A DNA stretch of 64,000 nucleotides from Thermodesulfobacteriota bacterium (GTDB lineage: Bacteria; Desulfobacterota; Binatia; Bin18). Positions 16,850 to 26,881 of this stretch are shown in pieces; within the stretch, counting starts at the first letter, position 1, and the number at the start of each line of letters is the position of its first letter. A program made the translations under genes and the position numbers. The stretch is taken from contig OZ219926.1 of the NCBI GenBank assembly GCA_964291405.2, positions 4,800,001 through 4,864,000 on the forward strand, given 5' to 3'. The notes beneath the pieces are model-generated. The model searched no databases and was not told where the DNA came from. It saw only the letters and a program-made list of their open reading frames with translations.

Positions 16850-17941
16850 ATGTCACACCCCCTGCGCTTCGGGACCTATGTCGAGTTTCAATGCCCCCCC
16901 GGTAAAGACCACGCCCAGTTAATCGAAGACGTGATCGCCCTCGGTATTCATGCCGACCAGAACGACTTCTCCGTTTTTACCACGCTCGAACACCCGTTCT
17001 TTGAACAGTTTGCCATTAACCCCAATCCGTTGGCCCTATATTGCACTCTAGCCGAGCGGACCACTCAGATTCGCTTTCGTACGCTGTGCCATACGCTGCC
17101 GCTGCATAATCCCATGATTCTGGCGGGCGAAATCGCGGAAGCGGATATCCTGACCAAGGGCCGGATTGAGTGCGGAGTCGGGCGGGGGCACGCCTGGCTG
17201 AATGAACCGGCCAATATCGTGCTGGAAGAAAATCAGGAGCGCTATGTCGAAGCACTCGATATTCTGATCAAGGCCTGGACAGAAGAGCGGTTCTCGTACG
17301 ACGGTAAGTATTACCAGGTCAAAGACCTGTCGGTAGTGCCCAAACCCTACCAGAAACCGCATCCCCAAATTTTCCAGGTCGGTACCAGCGCCAAGTGGTT
17401 CAGCCTGGCGGCCGAGAGAGAGTGGGGCGTGTGCATTGGCGGTCCGGCTCCAAGCTCGGTGTTTCGGGAGCCGGCTGCGCTGTACCGGCAGGCATGTCAG
17501 GAGGCCGGAAAACCCTCTTATCTTGGCTGGGTCAAGGCCATCTATATTGCCGAGGACGACCAGACCGCCCTGCACGAGGCCGAACAGCCGGTTCGCAATT
17601 TTATCGATTTCAACGTGTCGCCCATGGACTCGCTGGCCAGAAACACCCCGGCGGAAAAACAGCGTCTGGTCGATGCCGGCTATGCGTTTTACGCTGCGGA
17701 TGATTTCCCGAACTTGCGCAATCTCTCGTATGAGGAACTCGTCGCGGCCGGCATTGTGTGTGTTGGGTCGCCGGACACCGTGGGCAAACAACTGCTCGCG
17801 CTGTGGAAAGAGTTTCGGTTCGATGAAATGATCGTGATCAGCCACTATGGCGGCATTGACAAAGACCGGGCGCTGAGAACGCAGGATTTATTCGCCAAAA
17901 AAGTGATGCCCATGATGCAGGCTGCAGTACAAAATGCGTAA
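16850..17941 (+). CDS. LLM-class flavin-dependent oxidoreductase
   Basis: EHPF, LPLHNPMILAGEIA, GRIECGVGRG and PKPYQKPHP motifs. Confidence 0.9.
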   Translation: MSHPLRFGTYVEFQCPPGKDHAQLIEDVIALGIHADQNDFSVFTTLEHPFFEQFAINPNPLALYCTLAERTTQIRFRTLCHTLPLHNPMILAGEIAEADILTKGRIECGVGRGHAWLNEPANIVLEENQERYVEALDILIKAWTEERFSYDGKYYQVKDLSVVPKPYQKPHPQIFQVGTSAKWFSLAAEREWGVCIGGPAPSSVFREPAALYRQACQEAGKPSYLGWVKAIYIAEDDQTALHEAEQPVRNFIDFNVSPMDSLARNTPAEKQRLVDAGYAFYAADDFPNLRNLSYEELVAAGIVCVGSPDTVGKQLLALWKEFRFDEMIVISHYGGIDKDRALRTQDLFAKKVMPMMQAAVQNA

Positions 17942-18062
17942 ACCGGCCAGACAGATGTATGCTGCACATTTCCAGAAACCAGCGCTCGCCAGCCGCGGGG
18001 GGCCACCGGGCCGGGGTGGGTTCCTTTCTGCATCCCGCATCACACGCCAGATAGGGGGGGAT

Positions 18063-19289
18063 ATGACAACCGCTATCTTTGATGTCAATAAACGTTGGTC
18101 GGAAGAGTATCCCGAGTTGGGAACCGACCCCGTGCCAACCGAACCCTGTATTTCTCCCGCCTATTTTGAGTTGGAGCGCGAACGGGTATTCCGCAAAGTC
18201 TGGCTGTACGTGGGCCGTGCGGAAGAAATCCCCCGTCCCGGCGACTATATGGTGCGTAACCTTAAAGCCTGTCGAACTTCGGTGATTTTTGTTCGTGGGC
18301 AAGACGGCACCATCCGTGGCTTTCATAATATCTGCTCTCATCGCGGCAATAAGCTCGCCTGGGAAGAGCGGGGAAGCTGCCGGAACTTTGCGTGCAAATT
18401 TCACGGCTGGGTCTATGATACGCAAGGCCAGTTGGTCGGCGTGCCGGATGAAGCGTTTTTTCACAATCTCGACAAAGCTGCCAACGGCCTGGTACCGGTG
18501 GCGACCGAACTCTGGCAGGGTTTTCTGTTTGTCCATATGGACCCGCAGCCGGCGCAGTCGCTGGAGGACTATCTGGGCGAGTTGGGCCAGCGCATGGGCA
18601 GCTTTCCGTATGCCGACCTGACTGCGCGGTACGCCTATCAAACCGAGATTCGGTGTAACTGGAAAGTCGCCTTGGACGCCTTCTCCGAGGGCTATCATGT
18701 GAACGTGATCCATGGTCAGTCCTACCCGGACACGTTTACGGGTAAGAACAACCCCATGTGTCATCTGCCCGAGGTGCGCTTCTATGGCCCACATCGCTCC
18801 TGCATTGTGTACGGCAACCCCAAGCACAAGCCGAGCCCGGCCGCGGCGGTAGCCTATCGATTCGGCGAAACGGTGACCAAACGGTCCGTGGCTCAAGACC
18901 AACTCCCACCTGAGGTGAACCCCACCCGGAGTGCGGAATTCGGCTTTGATCTGGACGTGATCTTTCCCAACCTGATTCTACACGTTCTGCCGGGCATGTG
19001 GTTCACGCATCAGTTCTGGCCGCTCGACGTGGACCGCACGCTGTGGGAAGGCCGCGCCTACTGGCCGCCGGCCACGACACCGGGCGAACGGTTTGCCCAG
19101 GAGTTTAATAACACGGTGCTACGGAACGCTTGGCTCGAAGACACGGGGACCATGGAAGCAACCCAGGAGGCGCTCTCCTCCGGAGTGAAAACCCACTTCC
19201 ATCTACAAGAGCAGGAAATCCTGATCCGCCACAGCTATAAAGTGCTCGAAGACTACGTTGGCTTTTACACCGCCAACGGAAACGCCTAG
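18063..19289 (+). CDS. Rieske aromatic ring-hydroxylating oxygenase alpha subunit
   Basis: Rieske ligands CSHRG...CKFHGW and mononuclear iron motif NWK...EGYHVNVIH. Confidence 0.93.
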   Translation: MTTAIFDVNKRWSEEYPELGTDPVPTEPCISPAYFELERERVFRKVWLYVGRAEEIPRPGDYMVRNLKACRTSVIFVRGQDGTIRGFHNICSHRGNKLAWEERGSCRNFACKFHGWVYDTQGQLVGVPDEAFFHNLDKAANGLVPVATELWQGFLFVHMDPQPAQSLEDYLGELGQRMGSFPYADLTARYAYQTEIRCNWKVALDAFSEGYHVNVIHGQSYPDTFTGKNNPMCHLPEVRFYGPHRSCIVYGNPKHKPSPAAAVAYRFGETVTKRSVAQDQLPPEVNPTRSAEFGFDLDVIFPNLILHVLPGMWFTHQFWPLDVDRTLWEGRAYWPPATTPGERFAQEFNNTVLRNAWLEDTGTMEATQEALSSGVKTHFHLQEQEILIRHSYKVLEDYVGFYTANGNA

Positions 19290-19298
19290 AGGCGAGCC

Positions 19299-19640
19299 AT
19301 GGCCACCATCCTACCCAAACCGTTTGCCGACCTCGAAGTCTTTGTGGCGGACTGGTCGCTGGCGACCCAGCGTGAGCGGGAACGACAGCGGTCTGCCAGC
19401 ACCGCCGGAGAGCTTACGACCCTATACCAGGTCCTGCTGCCTCGGCTCGATGCCATGCTGGAATACTTAAACCAGTACGAACTCGGCCGGCTTCCGGCCG
19501 ACGCCAAGCGGCTCTTCTATCTCAGCCTGTCGTTTGCCGAGATCGCCCCGTTTGTGGAGTGTTACAAGGGCGAACCGCGGGTGCCCAACAGCTTTGACGA
19601 GTCCCGTTTTATTGCGGTCCACGCCGACCGCCTACCTTGA
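19299..19640 (+). CDS. conserved hypothetical protein next to the Rieske oxygenase
   Basis: 113-aa ORF with a GAGG RBS, tightly coupled within the operon. Confidence 0.7.
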   Translation: MATILPKPFADLEVFVADWSLATQRERERQRSASTAGELTTLYQVLLPRLDAMLEYLNQYELGRLPADAKRLFYLSLSFAEIAPFVECYKGEPRVPNSFDESRFIAVHADRLP

Positions 19641-19654
19641 TGGAGAGGGTCCAT

Positions 19655-20152
19655 ATGGCTGAGGTCGATGTCCAGCAACTCGCCGCCCGCGTCCAACGCC
19701 TGGAAGACATTGAGGCGATCAAGCTCCTTGTGGTGCGCTACGCCCAGGGCGCAGACCGGGGTAATGATCCCGACATCATGGTCCCCCTGTTTGCGGACAC
19801 CGGAGTCTGGGATGGGGGAGAACGCTTTGGGATCTACACCGGTAAGGAGGCCATTCGCCAGTTTCTGGCCGAGTCAGGCGCGTTTATCGGCTGGACCCTG
19901 CACTATATGGTTTCGCCCGCGGTAGACGTGGACCCAGGCGGCCAGACGGCCAGAGCGTTCTGGTATTTATGGGAAACGGCTAATATGCCCAACCGGGAGA
20001 CCGGAGAAGACGACGCCTTTTGGATCGGCGGCACCTATGAGAGCGAGTTGGCCAAACAGGCCGACGGGGCGTGGAAGTTTACCCGCGTGGCCCTCAATCT
20101 CAAACTGCTGAGCCCGTATGCGGAGGGCTGGGCCAAGAAACAGTTGCCCTGA
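19655..20152 (+). CDS. SnoaL/NTF2-like family protein
   Basis: RLEDIEAIK.L..RYA...D, TLHYM and GAWKFTR motifs. Confidence 0.85.
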   Translation: MAEVDVQQLAARVQRLEDIEAIKLLVVRYAQGADRGNDPDIMVPLFADTGVWDGGERFGIYTGKEAIRQFLAESGAFIGWTLHYMVSPAVDVDPGGQTARAFWYLWETANMPNRETGEDDAFWIGGTYESELAKQADGAWKFTRVALNLKLLSPYAEGWAKKQLP

Positions 20153-20172
20153 GAGAGAGGAGACGAAAAACC

Positions 20173-21297
20173 ATGAGTATTGAGACCGCCGCCTATATTG
20201 CGATCGACCGTTCCAAAACACTCCAGGAAGAACCGGCCTGTGGGCATAATCGATGGCATCCCGATATCGCGCCGATCTCGGAAGTCGAGCCCGGCCAGGT
20301 GGTCGGGCTGGAAACGCGGGATGCCTTTGACGGCTTTATTAGCCCGGCAACCACGGCGGCTGATTTGCAAAACGCCAACCTGGGTGTCGTGCATCCGCTG
20401 ACCGGACCGGTCTATGTCAAAGGCGCGCAACCCGGCGATATCCTGGAAGTCACCCTGGTTGAAATCGAGCCCCAACCCTTTGGCTTTACCGTCCAGGTGC
20501 CGGGCTTCGGGTTTTTACGCAGCGACTTCACCGAGCCGTATATCGTGCGGTGGACTATTGAGAACGGCTTTGCGACTTCCGACGACCTGCCTGGGGTGCG
20601 CATTCCCGGCGCGCCGTTTATGGGTGTTATCGGCCTGGCGCCCTCGCACGAACTGCTGCAACAGATTAACCAGCGCGAAGCCGAGTTGGCCGAACGTGGG
20701 GGTGTAGTCTTGCTACCGGAGGCCAAAGACGCGGTTCCCGCAGATATGGGGATTGCCTCCACTGCCATGCGTACCATTGCCCCGCATGAGACGGGCGGGA
20801 ATCTCGATATCAAGCAGCTCACCAAAGGGACGACCATCCGCTTCCCTGTCTCTACACCGGGTGGCTTACTCTCGGTTGGCGATGCCCATTTTGCTCAGGG
20901 AGACGGAGAATCCTGCGGGACCGCGGTCGAGATGGGCGCCACCTGTTACTGTTCCTTCAACATCCTCAAGGGCTTGGCGGCTCAGCACGATATCCGTGAA
21001 GTGCAGTTCTACCGTGAGGACTATTACACGTCGCCGGAAATGGCTGCGCCCAAACGCTTCTTTGCGACCACCGGCCAGTCGTATACGCGTGACGGTGTGG
21101 CCCACTCCGAGGACGCTACCCTGGCAGCGCGCAACGCCTTGCTCAATATGATCGACCACCTGGTGAGTGAGCGCGGCTATACCCGCCAGCAGGCCTACGC
21201 CATTTGTAGCGTGGCGGTGGACCTGAAGGTCAGCGAACTGGTTGATGTCCCGAACTTTGTGGTCTCGGCCTTCTTACCGCTCGATATTTTCGTGTGA
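20173..21297 (+). CDS. acetamidase/formamidase family protein
   Basis: HNRWHPDI, HPLTGPVYVKGAQPGD, GGNLDIK, GDAHFAQGDGE and VDVPN motifs. Confidence 0.93.
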   Translation: MSIETAAYIAIDRSKTLQEEPACGHNRWHPDIAPISEVEPGQVVGLETRDAFDGFISPATTAADLQNANLGVVHPLTGPVYVKGAQPGDILEVTLVEIEPQPFGFTVQVPGFGFLRSDFTEPYIVRWTIENGFATSDDLPGVRIPGAPFMGVIGLAPSHELLQQINQREAELAERGGVVLLPEAKDAVPADMGIASTAMRTIAPHETGGNLDIKQLTKGTTIRFPVSTPGGLLSVGDAHFAQGDGESCGTAVEMGATCYCSFNILKGLAAQHDIREVQFYREDYYTSPEMAAPKRFFATTGQSYTRDGVAHSEDATLAARNALLNMIDHLVSERGYTRQQAYAICSVAVDLKVSELVDVPNFVVSAFLPLDIFV

Positions 21298-21992
21298 GGC
21301 TACCGCTGACGGTGGAGGACCAGCCGATGAAACGTATCCGCCACGACTTCATGCAAACCGCGCGCGACCGCGCCAAAGCTGCTATTCGGGACGGTCGCAC
21401 CCAAGACGCACTGAAGGCCGTTGACGACATCTGGGAAGAAGGCCGGCCGATTCACGACCTGTACGGTGATATGTCCGCGGTTTTTCTCGATTATATCCAG
21501 GAAAAGCTGGGTGAGGACGCGGTGGAAGAAGCCTGGCGCTATGTGGGCGAAAAACTCTGGCGGCCGGTGCTGGAAGCCTACCGGGACAAAGACCCGACCC
21601 TGCTGGCCACAACCTATGCCATGTTCCTGCGCTCGCACGGCTACGACTTTACCTGCGAAGAAGACGATGAGAAGTTCCAGTTTCTGCTGCACTACTGCCC
21701 GAGTGGAGGGCGCATGCTCCAGGAAGGCAAGGCCGCAACCTCCGAGCGTCATCCCACGGCACTGGGGGTGACGAGGCAGCCTCATGCCTGGAGTTTCCAC
21801 CAAAAAGACGTCCTGTATTACTGCGGGCATACCAAGCTCTGGTTTGATACCCAGCCCAGGGAATGGGGCATGGATGTGTTCCAATCGGAGTATGGCGAGT
21901 TCAACGATAAAGGCGAGGTGGTAGGGCGGCCCTGCGCGGTCACGATTTATAAACAGCCGCGTAACGGTTCTGCCGGAACCGAGCAACACTAG
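21294..21992 (+). CDS. hypothetical protein with conserved-looking Cys residues
   Basis: 232-aa ORF overlapping the formamidase stop; CPSGG and YYCGH motifs. Confidence 0.7.
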   Translation: MRLPLTVEDQPMKRIRHDFMQTARDRAKAAIRDGRTQDALKAVDDIWEEGRPIHDLYGDMSAVFLDYIQEKLGEDAVEEAWRYVGEKLWRPVLEAYRDKDPTLLATTYAMFLRSHGYDFTCEEDDEKFQFLLHYCPSGGRMLQEGKAATSERHPTALGVTRQPHAWSFHQKDVLYYCGHTKLWFDTQPREWGMDVFQSEYGEFNDKGEVVGRPCAVTIYKQPRNGSAGTEQH

Positions 21993-21995
21993 TAC

Positions 21996-22676
21996 ATGGC
22001 AAGAGGCGACCATCTCAGCGTGCGGCGTGGCTGGTACACCCACCACGCGATTGATCTCGGAGACGGCTATGTCGTGCAATACGGGCGTGGTGTGTCGGAT
22101 GGCGTCGGCGCAACGGTCCAGGTCTGTTCCTATGAAATATTTGCCAAAGGCCGTCCGATTGAGACCGTCGCCTCTCCGGCCCTATATGATGCGCGAGAAG
22201 TCGCGCTCCGGGCGCTGAGCTGCCTCGGCGAGCGGGACTATCACATTCTGTGGAATAACTGCGAGCATTTCGTTACCTGGTGTCGTAGCGGCAATCGCCA
22301 GAGTCAGCAGGCGGACCACTTCATGCAGACCGCCTCCGAAGTGGTGACAAAGGTGGCCGTTGGATTAGTCGCCACGGGTGTGGCCAGACTGGCAATCAAG
22401 GCTTCATCCAGACTCTCAACCAAAGCCGCGAGCAGAACGGTAGCGACCCCCTGGCTGATTGCCGCGGATGCCGCCCAACTGATTGCCGAATCCACGGCGA
22501 GCGCGCTCGGACGAGAGAAAAACGTGGCGAAACGTACCGGCCAAGCGGTTGGGGCCGGCACCTCGGCCGGGATAGGGGCGCTCACTGCCGGTCCGGTCGG
22601 CGTGGCGCTCGCCGTCGGCCTGTGGGCAGTCGGTGAAGCAGTCGGAACAGCGCTCTCGTCCAGGGAACAAGACTGA
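21996..22676 (+). CDS. LRAT-like (permuted NlpC/P60) acyltransferase/hydrolase with Gly/Ala-rich hydrophobic C-terminus
   Basis: GDHL...YTHHAIDLGDG and YHILWNNCEHFVTWC motifs. Confidence 0.88.
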   Translation: MARGDHLSVRRGWYTHHAIDLGDGYVVQYGRGVSDGVGATVQVCSYEIFAKGRPIETVASPALYDAREVALRALSCLGERDYHILWNNCEHFVTWCRSGNRQSQQADHFMQTASEVVTKVAVGLVATGVARLAIKASSRLSTKAASRTVATPWLIAADAAQLIAESTASALGREKNVAKRTGQAVGAGTSAGIGALTAGPVGVALAVGLWAVGEAVGTALSSREQD

Positions 22677-22687
22677 AAAGGAAAAGC

Positions 22688-23575
22688 ATGGCGCACGAAC
22701 CTCTGGTGTATATCAACGGCGAGTATAAACCTCTGAGTCAGGCTGGCGTTTCTGTGCTTGACCAAGGCTTCCTGCTGGGCGACGGCGTGTTTGACGTGGT
22801 CTCGGCCTGGCGGGACACGATCTTCAAACTCGACGAACATCTCGACCGATTTTTTCAGTCTCTTCAGGCCGCGCGGCTGACGACCGCCATGACGCGGGAC
22901 GAGTGGCGCCGGGCGATCGTTGAAACCGTGCGCCGCAACGAACTGCACGATGCGACTATCCGCTTTATCGTGACAAGAGGTGTTGCCAAACAGGTGGTTG
23001 CCGACCCGCGCGATTACGATCCGACCATTATTATCTGGGCGGCACCGTATATCTTCTTAGCAGACGAGGAAAAACGGAATACCGGTATCCGGCTGTTTAT
23101 CAGTCATTTGCGCAGCTTTACGCCCGACACGCTCGACCCACGATACAAATGTCTGGACCGTCTGCATTTCCAGCTCGCCAAGATTGAAGCCCTAGAGGCT
23201 GGTTATGACGATGTGATCTGGCTGTCCGCCGACGGCTATGTGGGCGAAGGTCCGGCCTCGAATGTCTTTCTGGTCCGACAGGGGACGCTCTACACTCCTG
23301 GACGACAGGTGTTGCGCGGCATCACCCGCCAGACCTTTCTTGACCTGGCCCAAGAGGCCGACATCCCTGCGGTCGAAGGGGATGTCTCGGCCTTCGATCT
23401 CTACTCTGCGGACGAAGTGTTTACCTGTAGCACCGCGGGTGGAGCCTTGGCGGTGCGGGAAGTGGCTGGGCGTCCCCTGCAGGGTGCCGTGCCCGGTCCG
23501 TTGACTCAGCGCCTCAATCGTCTGTATTGGCAGTTGCGCGAATCCGGGAGGCATGGGACGCCGATCTATACCTAA
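22688..23575 (+). CDS. class IV PLP aminotransferase (branched-chain / D-amino acid type)
   Basis: DQGFLLGDGVFD, EGPASNVF, LRGITR and ADEVFTCST motifs. Confidence 0.92.
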   Translation: MAHEPLVYINGEYKPLSQAGVSVLDQGFLLGDGVFDVVSAWRDTIFKLDEHLDRFFQSLQAARLTTAMTRDEWRRAIVETVRRNELHDATIRFIVTRGVAKQVVADPRDYDPTIIIWAAPYIFLADEEKRNTGIRLFISHLRSFTPDTLDPRYKCLDRLHFQLAKIEALEAGYDDVIWLSADGYVGEGPASNVFLVRQGTLYTPGRQVLRGITRQTFLDLAQEADIPAVEGDVSAFDLYSADEVFTCSTAGGALAVREVAGRPLQGAVPGPLTQRLNRLYWQLRESGRHGTPIYT

Positions 23576-23603
23576 ATACGCCTGAGGCGCGAGCAGAGGA
23601 CGC

Positions 23604-24005
23604 ATGCCTAAAAAGAAAGTCGTGCATACGGCTGACAGCTTTGAGATCAAAAAATCGCCTGGCCGTGGAAAGGGCGTGTTTGCCAAAATTCGCATCAAGA
23701 AAGGCGAGACCATAGGCTATTATACCGGCGAGATCATTCGAGACTGGCACTCGAATCGGGAACCTTACCGCTCCTCGCGCTATCTGATGTGGGTGTGCAA
23801 AGATCACTGGATTAACGCTGTAGGCCCACAATCGAACTACACGCGCTATATCAATCACAGTGACACACCCAACGCCGAACTGATCGTCTCGACGCGTTGG
23901 AAAACGGCCCGGATCGTCAGCCTACGCACCATTCCACCTGGCGAGGAAATTTTCTATAGCTACGGTGACGAGTACTGGGAGGTCATGGAAATCGATCCGC
24001 TCTAA
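23604..24005 (+). CDS. SET-domain protein (lysine methyltransferase fold)
   Basis: GKGVFA, RYINHSDTPN and GEEIFYSYG motifs. Confidence 0.92.
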   Translation: MPKKKVVHTADSFEIKKSPGRGKGVFAKIRIKKGETIGYYTGEIIRDWHSNREPYRSSRYLMWVCKDHWINAVGPQSNYTRYINHSDTPNAELIVSTRWKTARIVSLRTIPPGEEIFYSYGDEYWEVMEIDPL

Positions 24006-24057
24006 AGAGTAAACGTGTCCTCCAATCAGCATAGAGATGCTGGACACGTTTACTCTT
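24005..24057. repeat. perfect 16-bp inverted repeat (hairpin)
   Basis: AAGAGTAAACGTGTCC (24005..24020) pairs with GGACACGTTTACTCTT (24042..24057). Confidence 0.8.
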
Positions 24058-24170
24058 CGACTCACACGTATTCACAATCCGCAACCCTGTCTTGAGCGAT
24101 TGTATCCGAAAATGGTACATTCCGGCCTAACATTGACGAGTAACCGGAAACACGTCAGGAATAGGAGGGC

Positions 24171-24731
24171 ATGATGGCTAATCGGCGAGAAACCGCAACC
24201 CTGGGAGCGGGCTGTTTCTGGTGTATTGAGGCGGTGTATTTGGAGGTCGAAGGCGTCGAGAGCGTGGTGTCCGGGTATACGGGCGGCGCGGTCGACCATC
24301 CCAGCTACGAAGCGGTCTGCTCGGGGACAACCGGACACGCCGAGGTCGCTCAGATTGTCTTTGATCCCGAGATTATCTCGTTTACGGAAATCCTGGAAAT
24401 CTTCTGGCAGACCCACGACCCGACGACGCTCAATCGACAGGGCAATGACGTCGGGACGCAGTACCGCTCAGCCATCTTCTACCATGATGAAGAGCAGCAG
24501 CGTATAGCCGAGCAATCGAAAAAAGAAGCTGGTACCTCCGATCTGTGGATCAATCCGATCGTCACCGAGATCGTCCCGCTCACCACTTTTTATCCCGCGG
24601 AAGGCTACCATCAGAACTTCTATCAGCAGAATCCCTACCAGCCGTACTGCATGATGGTCATTCATCCCAAGATGCGAAAATTCCGTAAGGCGTTTGAAAG
24701 AAAGCTGAAAGCGTCAGCCTCGGCGGCCTAA
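24171..24731 (+). CDS. msrA: peptide-methionine (S)-S-oxide reductase
   Basis: GAGCFWCIE, GHAEV, HDPTTLNRQGNDVGTQYRS and YHQNF motifs. Confidence 0.96.
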   Translation: MMANRRETATLGAGCFWCIEAVYLEVEGVESVVSGYTGGAVDHPSYEAVCSGTTGHAEVAQIVFDPEIISFTEILEIFWQTHDPTTLNRQGNDVGTQYRSAIFYHDEEQQRIAEQSKKEAGTSDLWINPIVTEIVPLTTFYPAEGYHQNFYQQNPYQPYCMMVIHPKMRKFRKAFERKLKASASAA

Positions 24732-24782
24732 GGGCAGCCTGCCGCTATACGAGCGGGGCATGTGGGCAGGAGGGGGAAGGGC

Positions 24783-25480
24783 ATGACTGCGACCTTGGAC
24801 TGGATGGGGTGTGCCACGTTTCGACTGACGCTGGACAATCAGGTCGTCATGCTGGATGCGTATATTGACCGGGTGCCCAGTGCCGCGCCGACCGGAGCGA
24901 CGGTTGACGCCATTCGGCAGGCCGACTGGATCGTGGTGGGTCACTCTCACTTCGACCATCTCTACGGGGCCGAGCGGATTGCCAAAAACACGGGTGCAAA
25001 AATTATTGGCTCATACGAGTCGATCCGGATTATGGCCGCGCAGGGTGTTCCCGAAGAACAGCTCCTGCCCGTAGCCGGTGGCGAAACCGTCCGTCTTTCC
25101 CCGGACGTAACGGTCACCGTCTACCCGAGTCAGTTGGGTTGCCGATATGAGCGGTGTGCGGTGAACTGGGTGTCACCTACCAGGAACAGCAGGAGAAGCT
25201 GCGGCTCAACGCCATTTTGCTTGAGCAGGGGGCCCGGGGTGACGCTATCTGTTCGTAGCACGGAAGCAAAGAATATCAGGGCACCCTGGCTCAATTCGTC
25301 GCCCAGCAGGCCGCGCTGCTCCGCCCGCGGCGCGTCATCCTGAGCCATCACGATAACTGGCTGCCCGGCTTTTCCCGCAAGATTGAAACTGCGCCCATCA
25401 AGGCAGAAATGGTCCGCCGCGCTCCGTATACCGAACTGGTCGAGTTGGGTTATATGAGCGCGTATCCGGTTTTTGCTTGA
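24783..25480 (+). pseudogene. MBL-fold metallo-hydrolase with a scrambled middle section (pseudogene or assembly artefact)
   Basis: The N-terminus has LDWMGCATFRL and GHSHFDH. The C-terminus (QGTLAQFVAQQ...SHHDNWLPGFS...YPVFA*) resumes in another frame after ~25277. Confidence 0.7.
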
Positions 25481-25573
25481 CACGCCTGCGTAGCACGGAA
25501 GCAAAGAATATGTTTTGCCACCGTGTCTAAGGCGTTGGGAAACAAAATCACGTCGAATAAACAGAGGTTTTTT

Positions 25574-26881
25574 ATGGGCTTGTTCGACAAGCTGATCAAT
25601 CGGGCGGAGTCGCTTTCCTCTCATATTCAAGACGCCGTCAGTGAGATCAAAGAGAGTTGGTCCCTGTCGGATGTCGAGCAGAAGCTGAGAATGGCTCTTG
25701 CACGAATGGTAGTTCAATTGGCAAAGCAATCTCCCAATGCTGAGACAGAAAGCCAACTGCGAAATAGCCACATGGCGATTCTTCTTGAACTTGCAAATGG
25801 TACGAGTAAAGTCGACCTCAATATTGATGAGGAAGATGAACTGATTGATATAGAACTCTCGAATCAACTCGACAATCTCGTCGAGTATCTCATAGATAAA
25901 CGTCCAGATATTTCTCCTCTCGTTGAGACTCTCCCGGTAGAACTCGCACCGATGATCCGTGAGATTGAAGGAATCTTGATTGAGATCAATGAGTTAGGGG
26001 AGGAAAACTCTCAGACATCCGTAGAACGACAGGCGCGTAGAGAAACGCTTGCGCACGAATATGCGGAGATGGCTGAGCAATCCGACTATTCGGAACTTGA
26101 GAAAACTACGGCGCTTGCTGACTTGGCCAAAACGATGAGCGTCGGGCGTTCAATTGTAGAAAGTCTCTACGATATTCCTCGGCTGGAGGCTGAGGTTCAT
26201 GAAAACCCCCATGATCCTATGGGCTACGTGAATTTAGCGGAAGCGTTTATCCGAAGTCGGACGACAGAAAATATCCGAAAAGGTATCGATGCTGTCATCA
26301 ACCCCAAGGCGTTCGTCGTTTCTGGAGTAGGCAGCATGATCCGTAAGGCCCAGGGGGGTATCGCCAAAGAGGTCGTGCTTGCGAGAACGAGCCTGTGCCT
26401 GAGTAGGCGTCACCTTGAACAAGACCCGATGGACTTTTGGGCCTTGGCTGCTGCGGGAAGGGCGTATTTATTACTCGGAGAGCCCTTGTTGGCGGCTCAA
26501 TACCTCAAAACAGCGGTATTGCTCAGACCGGATTGTGCGGATCTCTATTATTATTTAGCGCAGACCTATGCGACAAAAGAGTCGATGAAAAATGCTGTCT
26601 CATATTTGATCTATGGGGCAAAGCTCGGAAGCCAACGCTGTGCCGCCTCACTCCATGAGACAATAGAAGACTTTGAGGAGGAGGTGGAGGAGAGCCTTGA
26701 TCACTCAATCGAACTCCGTGAACGTCTGATGAAAGTGGTTGAAGAGCAGGAGAAAGAGGAAGAGGACACGGGAGTTCTCGGGCAGTTTCTTGAAGATAAG
26801 ACAAGGTCCTTTGGACGGCTTGGTAAACGCCTTGAGCGAGCAATGGACACGTTTGTCGGAGGCCGGGAGGAAACGCGATGA
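25574..26881 (+). CDS. acidic helical protein with a TPR-like region
   Basis: ATG 25574 follows GAGGT. ALAAAGRAYLLLGEPLLAAQYLKTAVLLRPDCADLYYYLAQTY is TPR-like. Confidence 0.7.
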   Translation: MGLFDKLINRAESLSSHIQDAVSEIKESWSLSDVEQKLRMALARMVVQLAKQSPNAETESQLRNSHMAILLELANGTSKVDLNIDEEDELIDIELSNQLDNLVEYLIDKRPDISPLVETLPVELAPMIREIEGILIEINELGEENSQTSVERQARRETLAHEYAEMAEQSDYSELEKTTALADLAKTMSVGRSIVESLYDIPRLEAEVHENPHDPMGYVNLAEAFIRSRTTENIRKGIDAVINPKAFVVSGVGSMIRKAQGGIAKEVVLARTSLCLSRRHLEQDPMDFWALAAAGRAYLLLGEPLLAAQYLKTAVLLRPDCADLYYYLAQTYATKESMKNAVSYLIYGAKLGSQRCAASLHETIEDFEEEVEESLDHSIELRERLMKVVEEQEKEEEDTGVLGQFLEDKTRSFGRLGKRLERAMDTFVGGREETR

